Notes: generated by a model from the letters alone, not told the origin. 24,769 bases of DNA from Octopus sinensis (GCF_006345805.1 NW_021836338.1:1-24769), one strand, 5' to 3'; positions 9,957 through 21,768 are shown, counted from the first letter of the stretch. Translations and numbers: made by a program.

Positions 9957-10084
9957 AGAAGAAGAAGAAGAAGAAGAAGAAGAAGAAGAAGAAGAAGAAG
10001 AAGAAGAAGAAGAAGAATGCAGTAACAAAGAATAGAAGTACAACACTGCGACCACGATATCGGCTAACATTAACGCCAGCATCC

Positions 10085-10130
<46 letters not shown>

Positions 10131-10137
10131 TAATAAA
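9957..10137. repeat. (GAA)~20 and (AAT)~17 microsatellites
   Basis: Direct reading. Confidence 0.95.
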
Positions 10138-10439
10138 CATGTAGGGAAAGACGAGAATAAGACTTAATTAGAGAAAGGGAACTGATACGTCTTGCAGCAG
10201 TCAAAATGGTTCAACCGGATGCAATTAAATGTCAAAAAATTGATCCCTTCTACATGAGGTTTTGCTGAAAAAGCTGTTAAAGAAAAAAAAGAAAAAAAAG
10301 GAAGGAAATGCTTTTGCTCATTCCTCCAATGTTCTGATGTAGAATAACCACATGATATCTGTTAGATTGGCCATCGTCAACTACAAGGAGAGATATGTAA
10401 CGGGAATATCTATTTATATGTACGTATACTTATGTAACT

Positions 10440-10461
10440 AAACATACATACATACATATAT

Positions 10462-10501
<40 letters not shown>

Positions 10502-10503
10502 CT

Positions 10504-10553
<50 letters not shown>

Positions 10554-10592
10554 AAGAGAGAGAGAGTGAGAAACAGAGACAGGGAGATATAG

Positions 10593-10630
<38 letters not shown>
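10440..10630. repeat. (CATA)/(TA)/(GA)/(GATA) compound microsatellite
   Basis: Direct reading. Confidence 0.95.
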
Positions 10631-10631
<1 letters not shown>

Positions 10632-10791
10632 ATAGGTATGGAAAAAGAGAGATGCAAATGAGTTTAGACGTATGTATGTATATAGTCCTTTATATATATA
10701 TGTCCTTGCTGGTTTTCGACATTGAAACCAATTGCAACTTTGATTATTTTGGAAAAAAATCACCTCGTAGAAAAAAATACGATTAATATTC

Positions 10792-11211
10792 TTTATTCTT
10801 TTCTCCTCTAGGCACAAGGCCCGAAATCATTTTGGGGAGGGGGACAGTCGATTAGATCGACTCCAGTATGCAACTGGTAATTAACATATGGAGCCCCATA
10901 GGATGAAAGGCAAAGTCGACCTTGGCGGAATTTGAACTCAGAACGTAACGCCAGACGAAATACCAATTTCGAATTCTTTACAAGGCACAAGGGGCTAAAC
11001 ACAGAGGGGACAAACAAGGACAGACAAACGGATTAAGTCGATTACATCGACCCCAGTGCGTAATTGGTACTTATTTAATCGAAAGAATGAAAGGCAAAGT
11101 CGACCTCGGCTGAATTTGAACTCAGAACCTGGCCGTTTATTTACTGCCCACAAGGAGCTATGCACAGAGGGGACAAACAAGGACAGACAAACGGATTAAG
11201 TCGATTACATC
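10792..11211 (-). mobile_element. Three adjacent, same-orientation, 5'-truncated family-3 SINE copies
   Basis: Copies at about 10792-10964, 10976-11128 and 11136-11211; GATGAAAGGCAAAGTCGACC..GGAATTTGAACTCAGAAC-like body in the first two; copies 2 and 3 share an identical 49-mer (11000-11048 = 11163-11211). Confidence 0.85.
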
Positions 11212-11435
11212 CAATAAAACTCCAATTGGAAACCTGGGCATTAGTGAGCGTGGGAATTGAACCTACATTTCTATTTCCATCAGGGCTTTATATGTCTTCA
11301 CACTAGATTATTTTCTACAGTCAAGAAATGAAGAAAACGTATGATTTACACAATTCTTAATTTACGCATAAACAATAATGTTGTGTGGGTGTGTGTGTGT
11401 GTGTATGATGTAATGACCGTTATTTATGCCTTGTC

Positions 11436-11481
<46 letters not shown>

Positions 11482-13480
11482 GCATAAAGGACAATTTCTG
11501 CCTGTCTGATCTGTCTATTTGCCTGATACCACCTTGGTTCCTACACCAGTGGACCAATCTTGAACAAACGTTGCATACATGTTAAAGTAATATCTAGTTG
11601 AATTAAAGGCTAATTGCATTTTAATAAAAAAAAATCTATAATGGGCCCCATAGTGGGGACTGTAGCACATGTTTTGCAAATCAATAGCACGTGTACTGAT
11701 ATGGATTAAATAAGGCTTCTGTAAGGCTCAACCATGCACTCCTTCAAGTAAACATCTCTACGACATTTGTGACCATAATTCATCTTTCCAAAAGGAAAAC
11801 AGTTCTGCTTGCAGTGGCCGTGCGTGACGCTAAGGTCACATTAAGGACATAGTCAACTGCAGGATTCGTGGTTAGGACACGGAACAATACAATCACGAGT
11901 AACCTGGAACTGGGTTTACCATGAAATTAATTTCATAAATTAAATTCATAAATTAAATCACCACAATATCGTAATCATTTTTTATCGTGCAACGCGGGAT
12001 ACAACCACGCTACAATAACCTACGGCACGTGACAACGCCAGCTACAATACGCAGATTATTTATCCATGTATTTGTAAATCTATCTAATTCATTTCACTCA
12101 GAAGCGTATCCGGTTACTAAAATAATATGCCTTGTTCATCCACTAATCGAGTTTGTAATACCTACTTTTAGCTATAAGTTATTACCATAAAAAACGGGTT
12201 GGGCATAAAGACAGGATATGAACAGGAAAAGGTATAGGACAAGGAACAGTTTAATGGTAAACAGTGCAATGGTAACGTCGACTTTGGTGGAATTCGAACT
12301 CTGGTATATATATGCTTTATTTCTTACGCTTTTATATTTTTGCGTTGATTATATAGATTATTTTGTTTTGGTCTTTGAAAAAGTAACCCAAAATTCAATT
12401 TATCTCAAACCTATCACTTCTTGATCGCGAATCTAGAAATAATATACTCCAAGAGTCGAATTCTACGATTTACCTTAATTTCATTCCGTTCCCTTCAATC
12501 TGATGCCTGTCATTCCTTCCGTCTGCACCACCACCACCTCCTCCACCACCGCCACCACCATCAGAGTATTCATTTTACTCCTTTATTGTGTCTCATTTTC
12601 TTCACCCTTCACTTCCGTTTCTCTCCCAAAAGGAAGGAACAGAAGGGAAAATAGAAACATAAAAATCGAGAACACAAGCTGTGTCATACAATTTCTAGAC
12701 AAGGAAGAAAGAATAAGAAAAGAATTGACTTCTGATGTTTATTTTCGTTTTACTTTACCATTTTAGCATTCCATGTACACCAAAAAAAAAAAAGAAAAAA
12801 AGAAAAGAAAAAAAGGCGATGTCTTTCTTATAAATAGCAGTTCAGAAATGGAACAACACAACAACGCTTGCCGAACTCAAATTTAACGTAATATCAGCTT
12901 ACGAATAACCCGTTGAAATATATTCTCTATAAAATCCTTTCCCGTGAAGTGAATGAGAAAAAAACGTGGATTGAAGGGCTTAGTCTGGGGACGGGAAAGG
13001 AAGAACGTGAAAAAAATAACCAAAGACAAATCAGAATTGCCTCAGGATATGTGCATACAAGCGTTTGATATATATATACTTATTTATTTATTATTGGATG
13101 AGTCTTTAAACGATTTCCACACCATCAATTTCATCAGGTGTAATCTGGGGAAAACTAGAAGCACGATTTTCTTTTTTTCATGCAGGCATCAGAATACATG
13201 TTGAAAATATTTCTGACTGACATATTACATCAAAAGAGACTCTCAGCTAAATAAGAATATGTACCCAGAAACTATATACTGATAAGTCATTATTTTCTCC
13301 ACAAAAGGTTACAATGAAGAGCAACAACACGTAAATATCAAATCCTCATTCTGCTCCAAAATACAAGGAGGTTAAGAATTGAGGGCAAATCTCTTTTTTG
13401 GGATGCGTGAATTTTCAACTGTTATATCTGGTTCGGAACCCTTGAAAGCAAGTCTCACAGTGAAAACCTGATTACTGCCG

Positions 13481-13526
<46 letters not shown>

Positions 13527-13536
13527 TATATATATA

Positions 13537-13649
13537 GTGGCTGTGTGATACGTAGCTTGCTTAGCAACCACATGATTTTGTGTTCAGTCCCACTGCGTGG
13601 TACTTTGACCAAGTGTCTTCTCGGTCGACCAAAGCCTTGTGAGTGGATT
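13537..13649 (+). mobile_element. SINE family 1, 5' fragment
   Basis: GTGGCTGTGTG..AGCTTGCTT..CAACCACATG..GTTCAGTCCCACTGCGTGG..GACCAAAGCCTTGTGAGTGGATT. Confidence 0.85.
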
Positions 13650-13893
13650 AGAATTTCGTATGACGTCAACAACATATTAGAATTTTAAGACAATTGTGGG
13701 AGGCGCAGCTTATTCACTTAAAGGTTCAAAATTTACTGCCTCGCAGTCATCAATACAAAAGTATAATACGGCGTAATGTATCAATAAAAATCTATATTCT
13801 ACAGTTTGGTGAGGCACTTCCAAAGATTCGTGAGTGGGAAAGAAATGACCAAAACCACTGTGTTACCTTTAGTCTAATCCTGCTTGCAACGGA

Positions 13894-14277
13894 TGGAGAT
13901 GCAATGGCCCAGTGGTTAGGGCAGCGGATTCGCGGCTGTAGGATTGCGGTTTCGATTCCCAGACCGGGCGTTGTTATTGTTTATTGAGCGAAAACACCTA
14001 AAGTTCCACGAGGCTCCGGCATTGGATGGTGGCGAACCCTGTTGTACTCTTTCACCACAACATTCTCTCACTCTTTCTTTCTGATTATGTTGTACCTGTA
14101 CTTCAAACGGCCTGCTTTGTCACGCTCCGTGTCACACTGAATCTTCCCGAGAACTACGTTAAGTGTACACGTATCTGTGGAGTTCTCGGCCACTTGCATG
14201 TTAATTTCACGGGTAAGCTGTTCCGTTGATCGGATCAACTGGAACACTCGACGTCGTAGCCGACGGAGTGCCAACCA
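13894..14277 (+). mobile_element. Full-length 384-bp tRNA-derived SINE (OR-like head, LINE-type 3' tail) with 13-bp TSD
   Basis: A box TGGCCCAGTGG (13905-13915), B-box-like GGTTTCGATTCCC (13948-13960); TSD TGCTTGCAACGGA at 13881-13893 and 14278-14290. Confidence 0.9.
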
Positions 14278-14367
14278 TGCTTGCAACGGAGTGGACACTT
14301 TTAAAGGTCCCTAGAAGGCACTTTTTGTGTTCAAACGACTGACTGACTTGTGCAAGATTCTATGCTG

Positions 14368-14426
14368 CTGGATTAATCCTATAATCACTTGATTATAGGA
14401 TTAATCACTGGATTAATCCTATAATC
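14368..14426. repeat. Direct-inverted-direct triplication of GATTAATCCTATAATC
   Basis: 14371-14387 is the exact reverse complement of 14390-14406; 14368-14386 equals 14408-14426. Confidence 0.95.
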
Positions 14427-14692
14427 GCTCTGCTTGTATTAAATATGAAACGCTTCACGCCTATTTAAATTTACAGTGCATACGATTTGAACATATGAAG
14501 TGACGCTATCGTCAATAGTGAAATTATGAGATTAGTCCCATAATCACTACGGCCCTACATACAACGGTAAATTTATTTTTGCCCTCGAAATTTTAATATA
14601 TAATCCACTTTAATCTGAAGATCAGTTTGATTCTCGTCTTAAATTTTATCCGAAACACCCTTCCGATTAATCCAAAAATCTCTATGAAAACA

Positions 14693-14955
14693 TTAAAGGT
14701 AAGGTAAAGTTTCCTTTCTCGGGTTATGCCGACACATAAGGGCTGCTTTCCCAGTTTCTATGGCGTGTAAATATTCCTCCTGGACGGGACGCTGGTCCGT
14801 TGCAGGATTACTCATTCTCCACGAATTGAGTGGACTGAGGAACGTGAAATGAAGTGTTTTGCTCAAACACACAGCGTGTCGCCCGGTTCGGGAATCGAAA
14901 CTACAATCTTACGACCATGAGTCCAACACAATAACCAGTAAACTACGCACCTCCA
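14693..14955 (-). mobile_element. Full-length OR-like SINE (same group as 5335-5593) with 11-bp TSD
   Basis: Minus-strand head TGGAGGTGCGTAG..GTTTCGATTCCC, CORE-like body; TSD CTATGAAAACA (14682-14692) / CTATGAAGACA (14956-14966). Confidence 0.85.
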
Positions 14956-15888
14956 CTATGAAGACACTTGGCTACTCCGACTTCAGTTTTCATTATTTCA
15001 GAAACCGGAAAAGGGTCGTAAGCCTTTCACTTACCTTAAATTCATCGTTATCTAGTCGTTGTTTTTCTTTTTAATGCATCAATAGTTATCGCTATTTCCT
15101 TCTCTTTTTTTCCGTTTTCCTCTGCCTCGTTTATAACGAATGATTTACACTGTGTCATTTGACCTATATATGAGGCTTTAGATATCAATATCAATACGAA
15201 ATACATTAGTCATTTAGAAGGGTATAAAACAAAAGAAAACTTTCATCGATTTTATACTAACGTGTAAGTGACATCCTCCACTAAGTCAAATTTTCAGCGT
15301 CTATACTAAAGTTTTGTTGTACAAAACGTGTAATGTCTTCACCATAATAATCGGTTTGGTTATTTTTTTAAGAAAGTAGTGTACGGAATAACTCTGCATG
15401 CACAGACAGACAGATAGATAGATAGATAAACAGACAGCCAGACTGAGAGATACATACATACATGGATGCATGCATACATACATGCATAGATACAAACACA
15501 TGCATACTCTTATAAGTAAATATATATATATATGTGTGTGAGAGAGAGAGAGAGAAATAAAAAGAGAGAGAGAGAGAAAGAGAGGGAGAGAGAGAGAGTT
15601 AGATATTTCTGAAATTTAATATAGATTGAATGTGCGACTTAACATTATATTAACCTCAAGTTTTCGAACTGATTTTAGACACGCAGTTCTTGTAAACATC
15701 ATTAAGCAAGCTGAAATTGCGTTCACCTTCACAGCTTCTGAAGCCCTATTAACGATTTCCCTCCAGACATCCAATTAAATAGAAGGGAAATTAAAAACGA
15801 AAATATTTCCAATAATGTTTTCTTAGAATTAGGCCAATTAAATAACTCTAATCGTGCAGTTTGGAAGGCGAACAGTAATTTTACTACA

Positions 15889-15946
<58 letters not shown>

Positions 15947-16632
15947 CATTCTTAGTTATTATCATGTTTTAAAAATAGTCATAAAATATCACCCCTCAAC
16001 ATTATTGTTTTCTTCGATTTAAGCCCCGGTTTCACGTCAGTTTAGTTACCTCACAGTCATAGGCGACACTGCAGTAAACTTTTTAGAATTCCATTCATTA
16101 TTTTCTGGAAGCGAGTCTTATTATGGATACCAACTGGTTATTTTATAGAACTGTAATCCTCCGATAATAATTTTTCTTCCCTCTATTTAAGCCTTGGATT
16201 ATCGTCCTAACAGATTCCAAGTTATTTGTTATAAGCAATTAGTGTTGTTTATTTACGAAGGGAATTCACCGTGGTTGACAATGTGTACCATTAAAAAACG
16301 TATAAACCAAAAGTGCATAGACATATGTGATGTTCCTCGAATTACTAGCTATATGCAAATAAAGGTTGTTGCAGTTATATATCAACGAAACGAGTGCAGA
16401 AGTTTCTCTAAAGTTCAGTCTTGCGTGCATGAAACTGTTTTCTGAATAAAAATATTTGATTATAGTCAACTCTAAGAAGAAACCTTCGCAAAGGGGATTA
16501 AGTAAACACTAAATGATGAACACAAACATCTTCGGTACAAAAACCTTTATATATATATAAATATAAATATAAATATAAGTATAAATATAAATATAAATAC
16601 ATATGTATATATATATTTAGCCACTACACACA

Positions 16633-16768
16633 TTTTTTTCTCTCCTTGCTTTATTCTGTGTCCCTTTCTGTAGAAGAGCGTAAAAGACTTTCTCTATTCC
16701 TGAGCGTTATACTAATACATCTGTTTGTTTTGTACACCACCTGTCTTCGTCTTTTATTCCTAAACTCT
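16633..16768 (+). mobile_element. PLE pseudo-LTR-like repeat, family A, copy 2 (HHR deleted)
   Basis: Aligns with 3070-3226 (-) but lacks 13 nt covering stem II 3' strand and GAAAC. Confidence 0.7.
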
Positions 16769-16798
16769 CTCTCTCTCTCTCTCTCTCTCCTCTCTCTC

Positions 16799-16830
<32 letters not shown>

Positions 16831-16888
16831 ATATATATTATATATATATATATATATAGATATATATATAATATAAATATATATTATA

Positions 16889-16954
<66 letters not shown>

Positions 16955-16956
16955 AT
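16765..16956. repeat. (CT)n-(TA)n-(TG)n compound microsatellite
   Basis: Direct reading. Confidence 0.95.
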
Positions 16957-16984
16957 AAGAATTGTTTTGTGTAAAGAGATAAAA

Positions 16985-17200
16985 AAACCAAGGGCTGTGT
17001 AGATATTAGAACATTTATAAGATATGTCTTACAGCTGTTCTAGGATATTTATTAAATATATCCCTTCATGAGAGATGGTTAAGTAATAGTTAATTTAGAT
17101 AGGATATAAAATAGAGACTGGGGTGGAGGAAAGAAAATAGATGTGAGATATGTAAGGATATTGAAGTTATAGATCAATTTTTTTGGCTGTTGAACGTTAC
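16985..17200 (-). mobile_element. PLE pseudo-LTR-like repeat, family B
   Basis: Contains degenerate HHR at 17021-17077; 3' end runs into the TG/TA tract. Outer boundary approximate. Confidence 0.55.
17021..17077 (-). ncRNA. Degenerate minimal hammerhead (G5>C, one A lost from GAAA)
   Basis: Minus strand: CATCT-CTCATGA-AG-GGATAT..ATATCC-TA-GAA-CAGCTGT-A-AGACAT; palindromic ACAGCTGT stem III, GUA site. Confidence 0.55.
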
Positions 17201-17569
17201 TACTAGTTTAACCCAAGGCAGATTCTCCGCAAGCTGGTTATCAGTGCGACTCAGCATCCTTTATGTACAATGTATTGTTAGCAGGGGCAGCGAACACCTA
17301 CAACGCTCCAGCACGTGTGAGGATCACGTGACTGACTCAGTTTCGAGCTAATTGGCGCATCCTCGGTCGTGAGCACCCGGACACCAGGGTGATAGAAAGA
17401 GTTTGCTAACGCTAAAAGTATATTATAGACAAAGTGACCATCGGTCACTGATTTGCAACAAGCAAAGTAGCGAGCTGTAACGAAGAGGCCAGTGTAGTAA
17501 CGGAGAATTTACCTGGAGTTAAACAAGTAGCAACATTAAAAAATCACTTTGATCTGGCCACTGGCTTTG

Positions 17570-17630
<61 letters not shown>

Positions 17631-17655
17631 TTATATATATATATACATTATATAT

Positions 17656-17700
<45 letters not shown>

Positions 17701-17713
17701 TATATATATACAT

Positions 17714-17744
<31 letters not shown>

Positions 17745-17900
17745 GGAGAGGGAGAGAGAGAGAAATATATTATATACATGTGTATATATAAGTACATACA
17801 CGTATGCACAAATACAAACACACACATATATATATATCTACATGTGTACACCTGTATGGAGACATATGTACGTGAATATATGTATATATTAGCACATATA
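17570..17900. repeat. (TA)/(GA)/(CA) compound microsatellite
   Basis: Direct reading. Confidence 0.95.
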
Positions 17901-18489
17901 TAAATATCCTTATTTGACTACGTGCGGCCATGTGTGTGTGTGTTTAATCTACTGTTTACGTATGTATGTCGGCATAACAGTATCTGCGGAAACGGGGATT
18001 TGACATTGAACCGATTCCAGTGCAGCAGCACCATGAGTTACAAGAGTAACGACTGACGAAATCGTTTCAATATCTGCTCCCCTATTTCAAAACCCCATGT
18101 CCTTGACACACATAAATATACACACACGAACGCAATTCCTCACGTATTCATAATCACAGCGTGTATATACTTACGTATGTATATAAATACATAATCAACA
18201 CGTAAGAGACCATTGAAAGAAATGAAAAACCATAAAAGCAATTTAATCACATTGCAAAATTCGAGAAGACAAAATTTAAATTGACATTTTTCAAATAACT
18301 TTCTTATCTTTACAATTCAGTAAACTGCATTAGAGAGTACGTCTTCCCCAGTTTGAATTCTTAGTCGAATTGATTTTGAACAAAACATTTCTAAGTCTCT
18401 AAAGAACCCATATATTTTGTTTTCTTTCAGATGTATATGGAGATTAAAATCAGTAAATATCGTATTCATAGCTGACGGCAGTGAAGTAT

Positions 18490-19123
18490 ACTCGTATGTA
18501 TACGAGTGTGTGTATTAGTGTATGTGTGTGAGTAATGTATGCATATATGTATATATGTATATATGTGTGCTTGTGTATCTGTATACATATATATAGATAG
18601 ATAAATAGCTATATATATATATATGTATATTATATATATACATATACATATATATAGATATAGATATCTATTTATATGTATATATATATTATATATATAC
18701 TTACATATATACATATGTATATACATATATATATATATTCACACACACATATATATACATATATACACACACATATAGATATATAAATATATACATATAT
18801 GTATAAATGTGTGTATATGTGAATATATATGCATTCATATAATATATATAATATATATATATATATATAAGCATATATATATGTATGTATCTATCTATGG
18901 GTGTAGATATACTGCTATATATGCGTATATATACACATACATCCATATATAGATCATACATATTTATTAATATTTATTATATGTAATATATATTTATATA
19001 TGTACATATATATACATTATATATATAATAGTATATATATATAATTATATATTATACATACATACATACATACATACACACATACCCCACACACACACAA
19101 CCACATATATATAATATATATAT

Positions 19124-19157
<34 letters not shown>

Positions 19158-19160
19158 CAT
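18490..19160. repeat. Long degenerate (TA)/(TG)/(CATA) low-complexity block
   Basis: Direct reading. Confidence 0.95.
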
Positions 19161-19839
19161 TGCCTAGATGGCTGGAAGGTTTCGACACTAATTTTATTCA
19201 TAAATCTATGTAAGATTTTGGAGAAACAGCATGGAACACGGCTGAGCACAAATAGTAAATCAGCAAACAAACGGCAAACAATAATGGCATTCGCAACTGT
19301 CAGAATCCTCTTGTGAATATTCTGAAGGTGGATTTTCTTTATGAAAATAAAATGTTCGTTTATGTAAACAAGTGCTTAGGATATCGTTACGGGAGTTCAA
19401 ACCGTTCCCGTTTCGCTGTGCGCTTAAATTATTTCCTTCAAAACATCATTAGCTAGCTGCATTGCATTGTTACCTTACTTGTTAGTAGATACGACATTAA
19501 GACGAGATTAATTAATACTAAAGGTGTCTGAGATAATTTTCTCTTAATCTCTTCATATAGTTTTGAATCACATTTTATTAGGAGTACTGTCAGATAATTT
19601 GGACTCAATCAATCCATTCATACAGTTCACAATGCAATGTTCAATTGTCATGTTATTTTTATTTCCTATGCTTCTTTCATTACTTCTAATTGTTCATCAT
19701 CTGCTATTCGACATTGTATAATTCACACACCTGTTCCCTCCGCTATTGTTTTGGTTCCTGTTCTTTTTTGGTCCTTTCTACTGCATGGTATTTAGCTACT
19801 ATGGTCTGTGGTTAGCAGGGTCCCTTGACTTCTTTTATA

Positions 19840-20126
19840 GGCGTAGGTGTGGCTGTGTGGTAAGCAGCTTGCTTACGAACCACATGGTTCCGGGTTCAAT
19901 CCCACTGCTTGGCACCTTGAGCAAGTGTCTTCTACTATAGCCTCGGGCCGACCAAAGCCCTGTGAGTGGATTTGCTCGACGGAAACTGAAAGAAGCCCGT
20001 CGTATATATGTATACATGTTTGTGTGTCGTCATTTCTCCCCACAACATCGCATGACAACCGAAGCTGGTGTGTCTACGTCCACATAACTTAGCGTTTCGG
20101 CAAAAGTGACCAATAGAATAAGTACT
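19840..20126 (+). mobile_element. SINE family 1 with intact tRNA-like head, 3'-truncated
   Basis: GGCGTAGGTGTGGCTGTGTGGTAAG..GGGTTCAATCCC head; body matches the other family-1 copies. Confidence 0.9.
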
Positions 20127-20351
20127 CGTCCTGCTTTGGTTTTCGGTGTCCTTTCCTCTATTTCAATATATACTTGCTAACTCGGAAGCCTAATACAAAT
20201 CCCTTGTTCCAGGTTGAGCTGTGAACTTGGAACCTAACGAAAGGCCAATTTTATAACACTTACTCAGCGTACCTATTCATTTAAATTACCAGGGAACTAA
20301 ACCCCTTGTATTCTTTATATATATATATATATATGAATATATATATACATG

Positions 20352-20610
20352 ATGGGATCTCCTGTCGTTGGACGACGTTTGAGGGTTCGACAATTTCTTA
20401 CCGAACAACCAGAAAGATGATTCGTTTATGGCGACCAAATGTTTGTGAAGACATAAGCTCACTCCCTCCATCAGATCGCCATTACCTGTACAGGTGCGAC
20501 GGGTGCCGCATGTCAGATGACGAAATGATCGCAGAGCAACGTGAAACGAAGTGCTTTGCTCAAGAACACAACGTTCGAATCTCGCAATCGTCAGCGCGAC
20601 ACATTAACCA
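20352..20610 (-). mobile_element. OR-like SINE variant (diverged)
   Basis: CORE-like GCAACGTGAAACGAAGTGCTTTGCTCAAGAACACAAC shared with 5335 and 14693 copies; tail resembles that of 13894-14277. Confidence 0.65.
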
Positions 20611-20881
20611 TCATATATATGCATATATCTGTAGATATGTGTGTGTGTGTGCGTGTCTGTGTATGTAATTATATCTATAGGTATGTATATGTATGAGTAT
20701 ATACATACATGTGTCTATATGTGTAAACATACATAATTTGGACGATTATTGAAGAATATAACATTTCCATGTGCACAGAGTAAATACAACGTTTTAAAGA
20801 GAAATATCGATGAGGGCTGGACACAGCACACCAATATATTTCTTTCGAATAGTTACATCCTCATTCTGTTATTATACATGC

Positions 20882-21106
20882 GAAGGCGGTGAGCTGGCAG
20901 AAGCGTTAGCTGTGTTTCGTTTGCCGCTACGTTCTGAGTTCAAATTACGCCGAGGTCGACTTTGCCTTTCATCCTTTCGGAGTCGATAAATGAAGTACCA
21001 GTTACGTACTGGGGTCGATATAATCAACTTAATCCGTTTGTCTGTCCTTGTTTGTGCCCTCTGTGTGTAGCCTCTTGTGGGCAGTAAATAAATAAGAAAT
21101 AGGAAA
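20882..21106 (+). mobile_element. Full-length family-3 SINE with 16-bp TSD and internal deletion
   Basis: TSD CTGTTATTATACATGC at 20866-20881 and 21107-21122; lacks about 21 nt after CGTTAG relative to the 6980 copy. Confidence 0.9.
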
Positions 21107-21498
21107 CTGTTATTATACATGCTCACACACAGACAGAAGCATGCTGCAGAGAAGACAGAACGTGAGAGTGTTGGACAAGAGATAGAGAGAAATAGAGGGA
21201 GAGAGAAGAAGCGAGTGAGTGAGAGAAGGAGAGAGTGAGTGAGAGAAAGATGGAGATAGAGAGAAAATGTGTTCGATCTGTGTGTAAAGTATTTATCTAT
21301 GGTAAAGCTTGTGCATATTATTTTTTATTCAGAGGAAAAGCAAACTTTACGACAGCTTCTGTTAAAGAACACTGACCAAATAGACGAGTTAATGGAGTTT
21401 TGATTAGATGTAACGTTCACTAAATTGAATTACAAAATAATTTAATCTACTCACTTCTTTAAACTTCCTTTTACGCTCACAATCAATCATTCAACCCT

Positions 21499-21517
21499 TG
21501 AATCTATCTATCTATCA

Positions 21518-21569
<52 letters not shown>

Positions 21570-21674
21570 CTATCTATCTATCTTATCTATCTATCTATCT
21601 GTGTGTCTATCTACCTATCTATCTGTGTGTATATTTGTCTATCTATCTATCTATCTATCTTATCTATCTATCTC

Positions 21675-21721
<47 letters not shown>

Positions 21722-21768
21722 CTCTCTATCTATCTGTCTATCCATCTATTTATCTATCTATCTATCTG

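Noticed and set aside
11921-11936. 16-bp palindrome ATGAAATTAATTTCAT with short tandem echoes
   Set aside because: Almost pure A/T, likely slippage; no associated structure.
12503-12766. ORF with hydrophobic stretch followed by basic residues (prepropeptide-like)
   Set aside because: Arises from CAC repeats plus a pyrimidine-rich then purine-rich tract; no repeated peptide motifs.
13095-13145. Minus-strand CTGATGA..GGAAATCGTT as a hammerhead
   Set aside because: Neither stem I nor stem II pairs.
13894-13970. tRNA genes here and at 5335, 14880-14955 and 19840
   Set aside because: A/B boxes present but no complete cloverleaf; each continues into a SINE body, most with TSDs.
15029-15048. Perfect minus-strand donor AAG/GTAAGT preceded by ATG (MNL)
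   Set aside because: No downstream exon continues the frame; a single motif is insufficient without RNA data.
17981-18110. Protein-looking short frames (YLRKRGFDIEPIP on +; GADIETISS..LVTHGA on -)
   Set aside because: Short, closed by stops, weak acceptors; three competing readings with no way to choose.
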